A DNA stretch of 64,000 bases from Patescibacteria group bacterium (GTDB taxonomy: Bacteria; Patescibacteriota; Patescibacteriia; UBA1558; GWA2-36-10): contig JBAZSG010000001.1 in NCBI GenBank assembly GCA_041662585.1, positions 2,381 to 66,380 on the forward strand, written 5' to 3'. The notes beneath the pieces are model-generated. The model had not been told where the DNA came from and made no database searches. It saw only the letters and a program-made list of their open reading frames with translations. The translations under genes and the position numbers were made by a program. This document shows positions 19,897 to 29,299 of the stretch, piece after piece (positions within the stretch are counted from its first letter, which is position 1; the number at the start of each line of letters is the position of its first letter).

Positions 19897-21300
19897 TTAA
19901 AATCTTAATTGCTTGTTCAAGTCAGATATAGCCGAAAATTCTTCTATAGTAAAAGTAGCTTTGTTATTTCTTTCACTTTCTTGTATAAATTCAGCAACTT
20001 CTTTACCAGCTATCATACTATCAGCGCCCAATTGTAAATACAGCTTATAAGCTTGACTACTTCTCCAAGCAGCAATGCCTTGGGCTTTTTTGGTATATGA
20101 CTCTTGTTCCAATAAATTAATTTTATCAAAAATCTTTTGAATTCTTTCTTTGGGTGTATTGCCCAAACGACGAAACCCAACCAAATCAAAAGATTTTAAT
20201 TCTTGTATTGGGCCAGTCAAAGCATCTTTTAAAGCAAAAGACTCATCTGCTTGCTTTTGTATTTCTTTTTTTGGTATTACTACATCACTAATCGGCTTTT
20301 TAAAACTTTGAGCGACTGTTGCTCTAGATACTTTTGGTAAAAATGTTTCTGTATTTTTTTGATTATCTGTGTCTTCAATTTTAGCTGCCGCTTCTTTTAT
20401 AGCCGCTTGCTTTTTCATCAAAGTTTCTGCAGATAACTCATGGATTGAGGCTTTTTTGATGGGTATTTCTTGATGGATATCTTCAGAAATAGCTGGAATA
20501 GAAAATCCTTCAGCTGGCTTGGATGTTTTTCCTAAACTTGATTTTAAATTGGCAGTATTTTTGATAGCCGCTTGCAAAACTGGATCAGTCTTTGTTTCCA
20601 AAATAGGTAATTCTCCTAAGGCTGCTTTTATCTCATCTTGAGCTGACAGTTGTTGGCTAGCTGAAGACTCCAACATAACCGCTGTTTTTTCTGATTTTGG
20701 TTTTTCAATTTTTAGTTCTTTCAAATCAGCTTGATTGACCACTAGTCCTCCGGCTAAATCAATTTTATTTTTAATACCTTTGATGATAGATAAAATATTA
20801 TCAATTACATTGGCTGATAATTTTTTATTATTTGATAAAACACTATTTACCAAAAGCTCCCGAATAATCACTGCACTTTTTCTGCTTCTAAAAAAATTAT
20901 ATAAAATATTAGAAAAAATCTTTTTATTTTTTTCATCAAATACTAAATTTTGTTTTTCAATAATACGATCAACTATCTTTTCTACACTATATTTTTTGCT
21001 ATCGTCTTGTGGTATATTTTTGGCAAAAAAATCAAGTTCTTCTTTGTCTTCAGGATGAAAAACAAGTTCTGCTTTATCTTGAGAGCCAGCATTAATATTT
21101 GGTATAGATAAAAAACTATCGTCCTTTGGTGCTAAATTTCCTTCAGAAACATGATTAATTTGAGAACCAATATCAACAGAATCAGTCTTTTTATTGGAAT
21201 TTAAATGCCCAAAATTGCCTTTTTCATCTTTAATCAAAAGAGCATCAGACCAATTATTAGTACTCAAAACATTTGCTACTTTATTATTTGAAAAATCCAT
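19897..21300 (-). CDS. Hypothetical Lys-rich soluble protein, first gene of the T4SS-like operon
   Basis: 467-aa ORF with no TM segment or signal peptide and a coiled-coil-like composition. It is 3 nt upstream of the VirB3-like gene. Confidence 0.4.
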   Translation of the reverse strand: MDFSNNKVANVLSTNNWSDALLIKDEKGNFGHLNSNKKTDSVDIGSQINHVSEGNLAPKDDSFLSIPNINAGSQDKAELVFHPEDKEELDFFAKNIPQDDSKKYSVEKIVDRIIEKQNLVFDEKNKKIFSNILYNFFRSRKSAVIIRELLVNSVLSNNKKLSANVIDNILSIIKGIKNKIDLAGGLVVNQADLKELKIEKPKSEKTAVMLESSASQQLSAQDEIKAALGELPILETKTDPVLQAAIKNTANLKSSLGKTSKPAEGFSIPAISEDIHQEIPIKKASIHELSAETLMKKQAAIKEAAAKIEDTDNQKNTETFLPKVSRATVAQSFKKPISDVVIPKKEIQKQADESFALKDALTGPIQELKSFDLVGFRRLGNTPKERIQKIFDKINLLEQESYTKKAQGIAAWRSSQAYKLYLQLGADSMIAGKEVAEFIQESERNNKATFTIEEFSAISDLNKQLRF

Positions 21301-21335
21301 GAATTATTATGTGTATATTTATTTTATTTGACTAT

Positions 21336-21365
21336 ATTATAACATATTTATCTCTTTATAGCCAA
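21336..21365 (-). promoter_or_regulatory. Candidate sigma70-type promoter for the T4SS-like operon
   Basis: On the minus strand: TTGGCT, 17-nt spacer, TTATAAT, about 30 nt upstream of the 19897-21300 start codon. Confidence 0.35.
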
Positions 21366-21382
21366 CAAAAAATACCCAACAA

Positions 21383-21451
21383 AAAATACCCTCTCTTTTT
21401 TCTCCTCCTAATTTAGGGGGAGATGTCCGTAAAGGACAGAGGGGGTATTTT
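21383..21451 (-). terminator. Structured element or terminator downstream of efp
   Basis: AAAATACCCTCTC ... GAGGGGGTATTTT long-range inverted repeat with an inner CTCCTCC/GGGGGAG hairpin, flanked by T-runs on the minus strand. Confidence 0.4.
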
Positions 21452-21461
21452 AAATAATAAA

Positions 21462-22019
21462 TTAAGCTCTTTCTACATATTCACCAGTCTCAGTATTGAT
21501 AATAATTTTTTCTCCTGATTTTATAAATAAAGGAGTCCTTATTTCTAAATCATTTTCCAATATTACTGTTTTGGTAATTGATCCAGCACTATTGCCCTTT
21601 ACTCCCTCGGGGGCTGATTTGACTTCTAGAGTAATTTTGGTCGGCAAAGCAATGGACACTGGATTATTGTTGAAAACCAAAACATCCACTTCTTGACCAT
21701 CTATAAGATATTTTACCAAATCGCCCAAACTATCTTCAGAAAATTGAAACTGCTCAAAACTTTCATTATCCATAAAATGAAAATCATTGTCTTGCTTATA
21801 AAGAAAATTGGCTTTGCGACGAGTAATATCTGCTTCAGCTATACTATCTGCACCGGAAAATGTCTTTTCCAAAGTATTGCCAGAGATCAAATTTTTGAGC
21901 TTGGTTTTCATCACTGCTCCACCTCTAGCAACTTTGATATGTTGGTTCCAAACTACTTGATAAGGCTCATCATTGACAGAGATTACTCTGCCTAATTTTA
22001 AATCATTTAATCCTAACAT
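21462..22019 (-). CDS. efp: Elongation factor P
   Basis: MLGLNDLKLGRVISVNDEPYQVVWNQHIKVARGGAVMKTKLKNL... The track ORF (to 22139) extends 40 codons upstream over rpsR, so the internal ATG at 22017-22019 is the likely start. The residue equivalent to E. coli K34 is Arg (ARGG). Confidence 0.88.
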   Translation of the reverse strand: MLGLNDLKLGRVISVNDEPYQVVWNQHIKVARGGAVMKTKLKNLISGNTLEKTFSGADSIAEADITRRKANFLYKQDNDFHFMDNESFEQFQFSEDSLGDLVKYLIDGQEVDVLVFNNNPVSIALPTKITLEVKSAPEGVKGNSAGSITKTVILENDLEIRTPLFIKSGEKIIINTETGEYVERA

Positions 22020-22023
22020 AATA

Positions 22024-22242
22024 TTATTTTGATGCGTAAGGAAGTAAGGCCATAAAACGAGCTCGTTTGATAGCTTGAGCCAATATTCTTTGGTGTTTTG
22101 AACAAACGCCACTTCTTCTCTTTGGCACAATCTTACCATAAGAGGATGTAAAACGTTTTAATTGTTGCCAATTTTTATAATCAATATCTGAGATATTATT
22201 TACACAAAAATGACAATATTTACTAGTTTGTTTTGTATGCAT
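22024..22242 (-). CDS. rpsR: 30S ribosomal protein S18
   Basis: CHFCVNNISDIDYKNWQQLKRFTSSYGKIVPKRRSGVCSKHQRILAQAIKRARFMALLPY. Confidence 0.9.
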   Translation of the reverse strand: MHTKQTSKYCHFCVNNISDIDYKNWQQLKRFTSSYGKIVPKRRSGVCSKHQRILAQAIKRARFMALLPYASK

Positions 22243-22261
22243 ATTAAATTTAAATTAATCT

Positions 22262-22729
22262 TTAAAATGGTATATCCTCAATACTAATTTCTTCTTCGCT
22301 GTCACTTACATTGTTTGAAGAACTTTGATTTATATCCACTGTTGGTGTTTTGTCCATTGATGGCTGTGCTGTACTAAAATCTCCACCACTTGGAGCATTG
22401 CCTGCTCGATCAAGCATAATCATATTTTCAACAATGATTTCTGTACGATACTTTTTGACGCCATTTGGATCATCCCATGATCTAGTTTGAAGTCTACCTT
22501 CAATATATACTTTAGCTCCCTTTTTGAGATATTGATTGGCTATTTCAGCCAATCTGCGCCAAGCTACTATATTGTGAAATTCTACTTTTTCTTGTTTTTG
22601 ACCATTGTTATCATTCCATACTCTATTGGTGGCTATTGAAAAAGAAGTAACATTTTGACCACTAGGAGTAGTGCGCATTTCTGGATCACGCACCATATTG
22701 CCAATTAGCATTACTTTGTTTAGATTCAT
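22262..22729 (-). CDS. ssb: Single-stranded DNA-binding protein
   Basis: OB-fold N-terminus MNLNKVMLIGNMVRDPEMRTTPSGQNVTSFSIATNR, acidic C-terminal tail ending DIPF. Confidence 0.9.
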   Translation of the reverse strand: MNLNKVMLIGNMVRDPEMRTTPSGQNVTSFSIATNRVWNDNNGQKQEKVEFHNIVAWRRLAEIANQYLKKGAKVYIEGRLQTRSWDDPNGVKKYRTEIIVENMIMLDRAGNAPSGGDFSTAQPSMDKTPTVDINQSSSNNVSDSEEEISIEDIPF

Positions 22730-22747
22730 ATAATTGTATTAATAAAA

Positions 22748-23275
22748 TTAATCAAGTTTTGGTTCTTCTAAAATTGCATCTAATTTCTTATCAATATCTT
22801 CCAATTTTATTGTTCCCTTATCTTTATTTTTATCAATATCCTTACTTGGTTCTCGTCTGACATCTGCAGCTTTTTTGAAAAAAGGCTTGGCAGATGTTGT
22901 TTTTGTTTTGCGAGATGTCTTGGCATTATCTTTGTTCATATCTCTTTCTACCATTTTAGAAAAATCAACATCCACACTCTTGGAACGATTTTCTAATCTA
23001 ATAACTAAATAACGAAGCAAAGAATTATTGTGCTTCAATTTGGTATCCACTTCTTTTAGAGATTTGCTGTCTTCTGTTTCAAATTCTAGAGAAACATAAA
23101 AACCTTGTTTTTGTTTGGCTATTGGATAAGCCAATTTTCTACGACCCATAAAATATGGCTCGCGAGTAATCTTGGCCTCAATGCCCTTTAAGTAGCCCAA
23201 AACTTGCTGATTAACAGCTAGATGCTCTGTTTCGGCAATAGCTGGACTAATAATAAAAGATAGTTCGTATTTCAT
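22748..23275 (-). CDS. rpsF: 30S ribosomal protein S6 with a long charged C-terminal extension
   Basis: MKYELSFIISP...GFYVSLEFETEDSKSLKEVDTKLKHNNSLLRYLVIRLE; canonical S6-SSB-S18 gene order. Confidence 0.9.
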   Translation of the reverse strand: MKYELSFIISPAIAETEHLAVNQQVLGYLKGIEAKITREPYFMGRRKLAYPIAKQKQGFYVSLEFETEDSKSLKEVDTKLKHNNSLLRYLVIRLENRSKSVDVDFSKMVERDMNKDNAKTSRKTKTTSAKPFFKKAADVRREPSKDIDKNKDKGTIKLEDIDKKLDAILEEPKLD

Positions 23276-23439
23276 TTTTCTATCTAATTACCTTGATCTT
23301 ACAATCAAGGGCCCCCGATGGTTAATACTGGGGCACGGTTAATTAAGATATATTAACTGCACGCAATTTACCATAATCATGAGCATAAGTCAATACTTAT
23401 TATATTGCACAAAAACACTATTTACACTATCATATAGCT

Positions 23440-24609
23440 ATGAATAAATATTTATTTATGCTTGGTCAGTCTCCTGACTTGGCTCAAGAAGAATTAAAAG
23501 CTATTTTAAGCTCCAAAAACGACCAAATAGAGCTGTATAACTCTGATTTTGTACTGGCCAATACTGACCAAGCAGCTAGTGACTTGATCAATGTTTTGGG
23601 TGGTACTATCAAAATTGCTCGTTATCTTCAAGCTATTGATAATCTCCATGATTTGAACGCTGATCTTTGGTATAGTTTTTTAGCCAAAAACCTTAACCCA
23701 AACCTTAAAAATTGCTTTGGTTTTAGCTTGTATAATGATACTAATGCCAATTATAATACAATACTAAAAATAGCTTTTAAATTAAAAAGAACATTAAAAA
23801 ACAATAATTATAAATGTCGCTTAGTCACTGGCCAAGACCCTGTACTCTCCTCGGTCATAGTAGCAAAAAATAAATTGATCGGCAGTGAACTATTGATTAT
23901 AAAATACCAAGAAAAATATATTTTGGCTCTGACAGAGGCTGTGCAAGATTTTGTGGCCTATGGTTTTAGAGATATGAAGCGTCCTCATCGTGATGACCGG
24001 AGTGGCATGTTGGCTCCCAAAGTAGCTCAAATGATGGTCAACTTGGCTGGAAATGATAAAAACAAAAACATTTTGGATCCTTTTTGTGGCTCTGGTACAA
24101 TACTACAAGAAGCTATGCTCTTGGGTTACAAAAAAATATATGGTTCTGATATTAGTCCCAAAGCCGTCAAAGAAACAAGTGAAAATCTTGACTGGCTTAG
24201 TAAAAATTTTCATCTAAAAGCTAATATCAAAATATTGGAATCAAGTATAGAAAATTTAGCCAATAATTTTGCTAAAAATTCTATAGACCTGATAGTCACT
24301 GAGCCATTTATGGGTGATGCACGCATCATCATTCGTCAAAATAATAGTCAGGATATAATCAAAATAAAAGACGAACTGCAAATGCTATATAAATCTGCTT
24401 TTACCAAATTCAAAAAAATAATATCTTCTGACAGTCTCATAATATTTATATTTCCTATTTTTCATATTTCCAATCAAGACATCTATACTCTAGATAAACA
24501 AATTATTTCCCAACTTGGCTTTAAATATCAACTAGACAAAGATATAATCTATAGTCGCGCCAATCAAAAAGTAGCCAGACAAATCACTGTCTGGAAACTA
24601 AAAAAATAA
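23440..24609 (+). CDS. THUMP-domain RNA methyltransferase (UPF0020/Trm14/RlmL-like, SAM-dependent)
   Basis: SAM motif I ILDPFCGSGTILQEA and motif IV-like DLIVTEPFMG, with an N-terminal THUMP-like region. Confidence 0.7.
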   Translation: MNKYLFMLGQSPDLAQEELKAILSSKNDQIELYNSDFVLANTDQAASDLINVLGGTIKIARYLQAIDNLHDLNADLWYSFLAKNLNPNLKNCFGFSLYNDTNANYNTILKIAFKLKRTLKNNNYKCRLVTGQDPVLSSVIVAKNKLIGSELLIIKYQEKYILALTEAVQDFVAYGFRDMKRPHRDDRSGMLAPKVAQMMVNLAGNDKNKNILDPFCGSGTILQEAMLLGYKKIYGSDISPKAVKETSENLDWLSKNFHLKANIKILESSIENLANNFAKNSIDLIVTEPFMGDARIIIRQNNSQDIIKIKDELQMLYKSAFTKFKKIISSDSLIIFIFPIFHISNQDIYTLDKQIISQLGFKYQLDKDIIYSRANQKVARQITVWKLKK

Positions 24610-24610
24610 T

Positions 24611-25867
24611 TTATATTTTATCTACCCAAGCAAATTTATTGGCTAATACTTGTATAGTACACCATTTAAATTTTTGATCTTGCTTATCCAAATACATCAC
24701 TTGCCCAGAATCTGCTCCTGTATTGGTCAGATAATAAATAGCGGCGTATAATTCATCAGCCGAAAATTTTAATTTTTCTACCAAAAGCATCTCCAAAAAA
24801 AGACGCAAAACTATAAGTTTTTCTATATTTTCATCCAAAGATCTCTCCATACTCTGACCAAACTTTATACCAATAAATCTCTTGAGTATGCTTTTATACC
24901 TAGAATCTTCTTTGATCATAAAATCAAAGGATTTTTTTTCTAGCAAAATTTTGAGACAAGAAATTGCCTTATATTTGTCTTCTACGCCAATAGCTTGCCA
25001 GAGTATATCCCTGACTTTATTTATATCATTATTAGCTTCAGAAAGTATCATATCACTAGAAGGCAAATTTTCTTGAAATAGATCTAAAGTATTTTTAAAA
25101 TTTGTCAAAACTTTTTCAAAAGACAACTCATAGTCATCATTATCTTCTTCTCTGGATTTTTTTTCTACTTGCTCTTTGACTATCAAAAGCCCATCTGATC
25201 TATCAAAATAAAGCTCTATATCTTCATCATAAGATAACAATAAAAAACGTAAACTATCCTTATATTTATCCTCTAGTTGTAAAGCATTTTTATTTTTGGC
25301 AATATATCTTGTCCTCTCCAAAGAGCTATGTTGGCCGGCACCCAAAAAATGTACATAATCCTTAATCCAATTTTGTACACTAGGGTTTGTTATCCTTCCT
25401 CTTTCATCTAATATCTTATTGGGTGTTAAACGAAAATCTTTGAATTCTTCATATTTTTTTAAGAGTTCTTTTACTTTTCCTTGAAAAATTTCTGGTAAAA
25501 CATCAGGTTCTACCACTTGTTTTTTCTTTAAAAAAACTGGCCTGGGCACTTTGCCTCCCAAACGCAAAATTAATCTATCCACTCCTCCGATATATTCTTG
25601 GAGTGGCCAAAATATTTCCATTGCCATTTGCAGAGCCAATTCTCTAAGATCTCCTTTAAATTCTCCCGGTATTTTTTCCAAATCTTTGGGCAGATCAAGG
25701 ATATTTCTTTTTTTGAGAATAATATCATCTTCCAATTTATTTACAAAATCAAATTGCTCAAAATTAAAAGAAAATTTATCATCTATAGCATAATTGACAT
25801 CTGCTACCTCAGTCCAAATAAAATCTTGTACTTCCTCTGGTAAAATATTTAAATCATTTATATTCAT
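24611..25867 (-). CDS. Hypothetical soluble protein, last gene of the giant-protein operon
   Basis: 418-aa ORF lying 10 nt downstream of the VirB6-like gene. No recognisable motif. Confidence 0.45.
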   Translation of the reverse strand: MNINDLNILPEEVQDFIWTEVADVNYAIDDKFSFNFEQFDFVNKLEDDIILKKRNILDLPKDLEKIPGEFKGDLRELALQMAMEIFWPLQEYIGGVDRLILRLGGKVPRPVFLKKKQVVEPDVLPEIFQGKVKELLKKYEEFKDFRLTPNKILDERGRITNPSVQNWIKDYVHFLGAGQHSSLERTRYIAKNKNALQLEDKYKDSLRFLLLSYDEDIELYFDRSDGLLIVKEQVEKKSREEDNDDYELSFEKVLTNFKNTLDLFQENLPSSDMILSEANNDINKVRDILWQAIGVEDKYKAISCLKILLEKKSFDFMIKEDSRYKSILKRFIGIKFGQSMERSLDENIEKLIVLRLFLEMLLVEKLKFSADELYAAIYYLTNTGADSGQVMYLDKQDQKFKWCTIQVLANKFAWVDKI

Positions 25868-25877
25868 TTACAATATA

Positions 25878-28800
25878 TTATTTAATCTTACTTAGGCTAC
25901 CTTTATCTACTGCGGCTGCTTTTTTCTTTGCTTCCCTTATAGTTATACCAGGTATTTCTTGCATAAACTTTTGTACATGCATCTGTACATACAATTCATT
26001 TCTGATGGTATCTGCCAAATTATCTGTAACGACTTTACCTAGTTTACCTCCTCCACCCACGATAGATTGAGCTAGAAGTTTTATTTGGTCTGAATTACCA
26101 GCTTGAAGAATTTGTCTTTGTTGATCAACTGTAGCTACTTTAGCCAATTCTTCAAACAAATGACGAGTATTTGGATGCTTAATATCCATTTCTTCTAGCC
26201 TTGAATAATCTGATCCATCTGTACCATTTTTTAATATAGCCCTAGAATAAAGATTCTTATTATTAGGATTGGTTAATCCAAGCTCTCTTCTCTTCAAAGT
26301 ATTTTGTAAACGTATTAAACTATTTTGCTCTGATAATAATTTTGAAACAAGCTTTTTATCAGGGTCTGGTTTAGCTTTTTCTGTAGCTATATCTTGCTTC
26401 AATTCTTCTATTCTAAGATTATTTTTATTATTTGGATCATTCAAGTCTTTTAATTTACTAGTAATAGCTTTTCGTAAAGCTTCAGCTTCTTTATCATAAT
26501 TTGCCTGATCAAAAACAAATCTATCGTTTTCTTTCTTCTGATCTCTCTTATGGTCTTTTTCTGCCTGTTTTTCCATTCTTTCTCTAATCTCGTTTCTGAC
26601 TCTTTCTTCTGCCTTTTCTCTTGACTCTGGTGGAGTGCCATCAAAACCAGCTTGTGTCTTTGGAGACCAAGCTTTCATCGCTTCTTCAACCTTTTCATCT
26701 AATTCATCTTCATCTATTTCTTGTCTTTGTACTGTTTTTGCCCGCTCTGGTCTTGGCCCTAAATTGGCCAAAATAGCAGCTTCCATATCAGCTATTATAT
26801 CTTCTTCCATGACCTTAAATACAGGTGATTCACGCAAACCTAATTTGGATTTTTCTACATAAGCCAATTCTTCTTCTAACCCTTTTCTTTCCTCTTTACT
26901 TAAACCAGTATTAGTTAATTTTACTTTTAATTCTGTTGCCTGTTCTTCTAATTTAACTTCCTCTTCTTTTATTTCATCATTGGTATAATGCCCCATGAGA
27001 TTTCTTCTGGTCTTATACAATTTGTCAGTCGCTTCTTTACCTTTGTCACTGTTTTGCCATTCTTCGTTATTTTTGTCCCATGCTTCTTTTGTTTTGGCTT
27101 TTCTTATTTCAAAATCTTTTTCAGACTCAAAAGAATTTTTAGCAAGATGATTTATTGAATCATTATCAAAATTGACTTCTCCACTATTAAATCCTTGTTC
27201 TAAGGCCCCTACTATAGCTTCGTGCAAAGCTTCGGCTTGTTCTGGATAAACTTGAAGAAGAGCTTCAAATAATTTTATAGCTTCATTTTGATCATTTGTA
27301 GAAAGAACTCCTTTGTTGTTATGTTTAGTCTCTTGACGCTTGGTTTCTAAATTTACTTCAGTAGCCAACATACCAAGATCTTTTTTGTCTTTAGCGGTTC
27401 CTCTGATACCATCTTTATCTTTTTTACCATATTTAATATCTGCTCCCTTCTCTGTATCATTATTTATATCTACCAAAACCTCCTCTCCTTCTTGACGAAA
27501 TGCTTCTGATTCAGCTTGCCTTGTCTTTTTAAATTGATTTAATACATCCCTACCAATACCTCCACCTTCATAATTTGGATCTTCCAAAAGAGCCCTGATA
27601 ATATTACGCATACCTGCTGTTGTTTTACCATCTTCGTCTAAAACACCATCAGCTTCCTTATCAAGCAATTTTCTAGAGCCAACATCATTTAGATCTTTTT
27701 TAACAGCCGCTAAATCTGTATTGGTATTTGCATATCGAGCATGTAAGGCATCAATCCTAGGTTGATCATTTATTCTCTCTAAAGCTTCAATATCCTCAGC
27801 TGCTTGTTTTGCATCGTGTTGTTCTTTTCTATCGGTTCTTATGATGGCTGCTTTTGTTTTTGCTTCATCATGTCCACCTCCCCAAGAAGTAATAAGCTGT
27901 GTCGCCCTCGCTACTTTAGAACTCTCTCCAATAGCCTTAGGTAAAAATTTACCAATTAACGGAATATCTTTTAATTTATCAGGTGTAGATGATTGAGTTC
28001 TATAAAATTCTTCTTTTTGTTTAGGATTAATATATTTGGTATCTTCCGCGTGTTCAGCAAGAATCCTAGCTGTGTTTCTACCTTGCATTTCCATAGCTCC
28101 TCTTTGCAGTTTACCTCCATAAAAAGGTACTTTGGTAGCAACTCCTGTAAATTTACCCAAAAGTGTATCCTTCTTTGGTTTTCCTTTATCATCTACCATA
28201 CGCTCAGCAATAGCAGTGCCGGCTCTCATAGCCAAAGCTTTTGGATAACGTCTAGCAATATGTCCAGCTGTGCTCTGAATTTTGGCCATACCCTTGGCTG
28301 CCACACTAGCTCCAGCCGCACCAGAAGCAGCTGCCATCTTAATACCCATCATAAGTAAGGCAATAGCAATGATATAATTCATCATATTACTGCTATCCAA
28401 AAATTCAGTTGCTCCTTGTGCCCCTCCTCCGGTCATAAAAGTACTATAGGCATTTCCATTGCCAACAATACTAAAAGTAAGCCACAAGAAAAAAGCCAAC
28501 ATCGGACCAGTTACCAGATTGGTACCTAGCTGTTTTGTCCAAGTATTATAAAAACTATTGGTAGCTGGAAAAATACTAGCCATAAAAGCCAAAGGAGCCA
28601 TAATAATAGCTATCCACAAAGCTACAATTCTCATCATCAACATCATAACCATTACGCCCACAATTACCACAAGTATTGCTACTAGAGCTGCTCCTAAAAC
28701 CATAGATACTACATAATCCCCAAAACCAGTAACAGGAGCATCGGGATTAATAGTGGTAAATTTATGCAAACCAATGGCGACCACCACTCCTCCTGACATT

Positions 28801-29264
28801 ATTTCATTGATAGCTGAAATAAAAGTAAGCATTATTACTTGTACCACATCAATAAAAAATCCCACAATGGTCTTGGAAAAATTTATCAAAATAGCCACAA
28901 GTATTGTACGTTTTAAAAGTTGTTGGTAACCATAACTGGAAATTCTCAGTATAGTCGCAAAAGAAATAACCAATAATATTAAAATAAAAAACATATTGGA
29001 CAAATCACGAAGTGCTATCCAACCCAATGTCACGCCTGCTTCATGAGTAAAACCATTGTAACTAGCCACAAGTTTCAAAAGTTCCAATTCCAATTCAAGA
29101 ATCCAAACAAAAGGTTGCATAAAAAATGTCCAGATTACACCACCTACTAGCTGTATAACAGCCTCTACAAGTGCCAAAGATTTCATGGGAGCCAAAGAAA
29201 ACAAACTCAAGGCAAGTACAAAATATTGCCATCTGATAGCTAGTTTATGTTTTTTAAACTTCAT
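25878..29264 (-). CDS. VirB6/TrbL-like polytopic membrane protein with ~700-aa charged coiled-coil C-terminal extension
   Basis: Residues 1-340 contain 7-9 hydrophobic helices with Gly/Ala-rich loops, as in TrbL/VirB6. The remainder is K/E/D-rich with heptad-like character and no Cys. Confidence 0.45.
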   Translation of the reverse strand: MKFKKHKLAIRWQYFVLALSLFSLAPMKSLALVEAVIQLVGGVIWTFFMQPFVWILELELELLKLVASYNGFTHEAGVTLGWIALRDLSNMFFILILLVISFATILRISSYGYQQLLKRTILVAILINFSKTIVGFFIDVVQVIMLTFISAINEIMSGGVVVAIGLHKFTTINPDAPVTGFGDYVVSMVLGAALVAILVVIVGVMVMMLMMRIVALWIAIIMAPLAFMASIFPATNSFYNTWTKQLGTNLVTGPMLAFFLWLTFSIVGNGNAYSTFMTGGGAQGATEFLDSSNMMNYIIAIALLMMGIKMAAASGAAGASVAAKGMAKIQSTAGHIARRYPKALAMRAGTAIAERMVDDKGKPKKDTLLGKFTGVATKVPFYGGKLQRGAMEMQGRNTARILAEHAEDTKYINPKQKEEFYRTQSSTPDKLKDIPLIGKFLPKAIGESSKVARATQLITSWGGGHDEAKTKAAIIRTDRKEQHDAKQAAEDIEALERINDQPRIDALHARYANTNTDLAAVKKDLNDVGSRKLLDKEADGVLDEDGKTTAGMRNIIRALLEDPNYEGGGIGRDVLNQFKKTRQAESEAFRQEGEEVLVDINNDTEKGADIKYGKKDKDGIRGTAKDKKDLGMLATEVNLETKRQETKHNNKGVLSTNDQNEAIKLFEALLQVYPEQAEALHEAIVGALEQGFNSGEVNFDNDSINHLAKNSFESEKDFEIRKAKTKEAWDKNNEEWQNSDKGKEATDKLYKTRRNLMGHYTNDEIKEEEVKLEEQATELKVKLTNTGLSKEERKGLEEELAYVEKSKLGLRESPVFKVMEEDIIADMEAAILANLGPRPERAKTVQRQEIDEDELDEKVEEAMKAWSPKTQAGFDGTPPESREKAEERVRNEIRERMEKQAEKDHKRDQKKENDRFVFDQANYDKEAEALRKAITSKLKDLNDPNNKNNLRIEELKQDIATEKAKPDPDKKLVSKLLSEQNSLIRLQNTLKRRELGLTNPNNKNLYSRAILKNGTDGSDYSRLEEMDIKHPNTRHLFEELAKVATVDQQRQILQAGNSDQIKLLAQSIVGGGGKLGKVVTDNLADTIRNELYVQMHVQKFMQEIPGITIREAKKKAAAVDKGSLSKIK

Positions 29265-29299
29265 ATTTATATAAGTTATTTAAAAACTATTTTTTAAAT

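Noticed and set aside
20735-21058. Plus-strand 107-aa ORF inside the 467-aa operon-leading gene; likewise 47663-48043 and 48140-48550 opposite the antiporter genes.
   Set aside because: They are opposite-strand shadows of longer ORFs with better coding character.
10440-21365. Idea that the T4SS-like module is part of an integrative conjugative element inserted at the tRNA-Ser/Arg/Ser cluster.
   Set aside because: There is no integrase, relaxase, coupling protein, direct repeat or compositional shift, and recG and a core-like gene lie between the tRNAs and the module.
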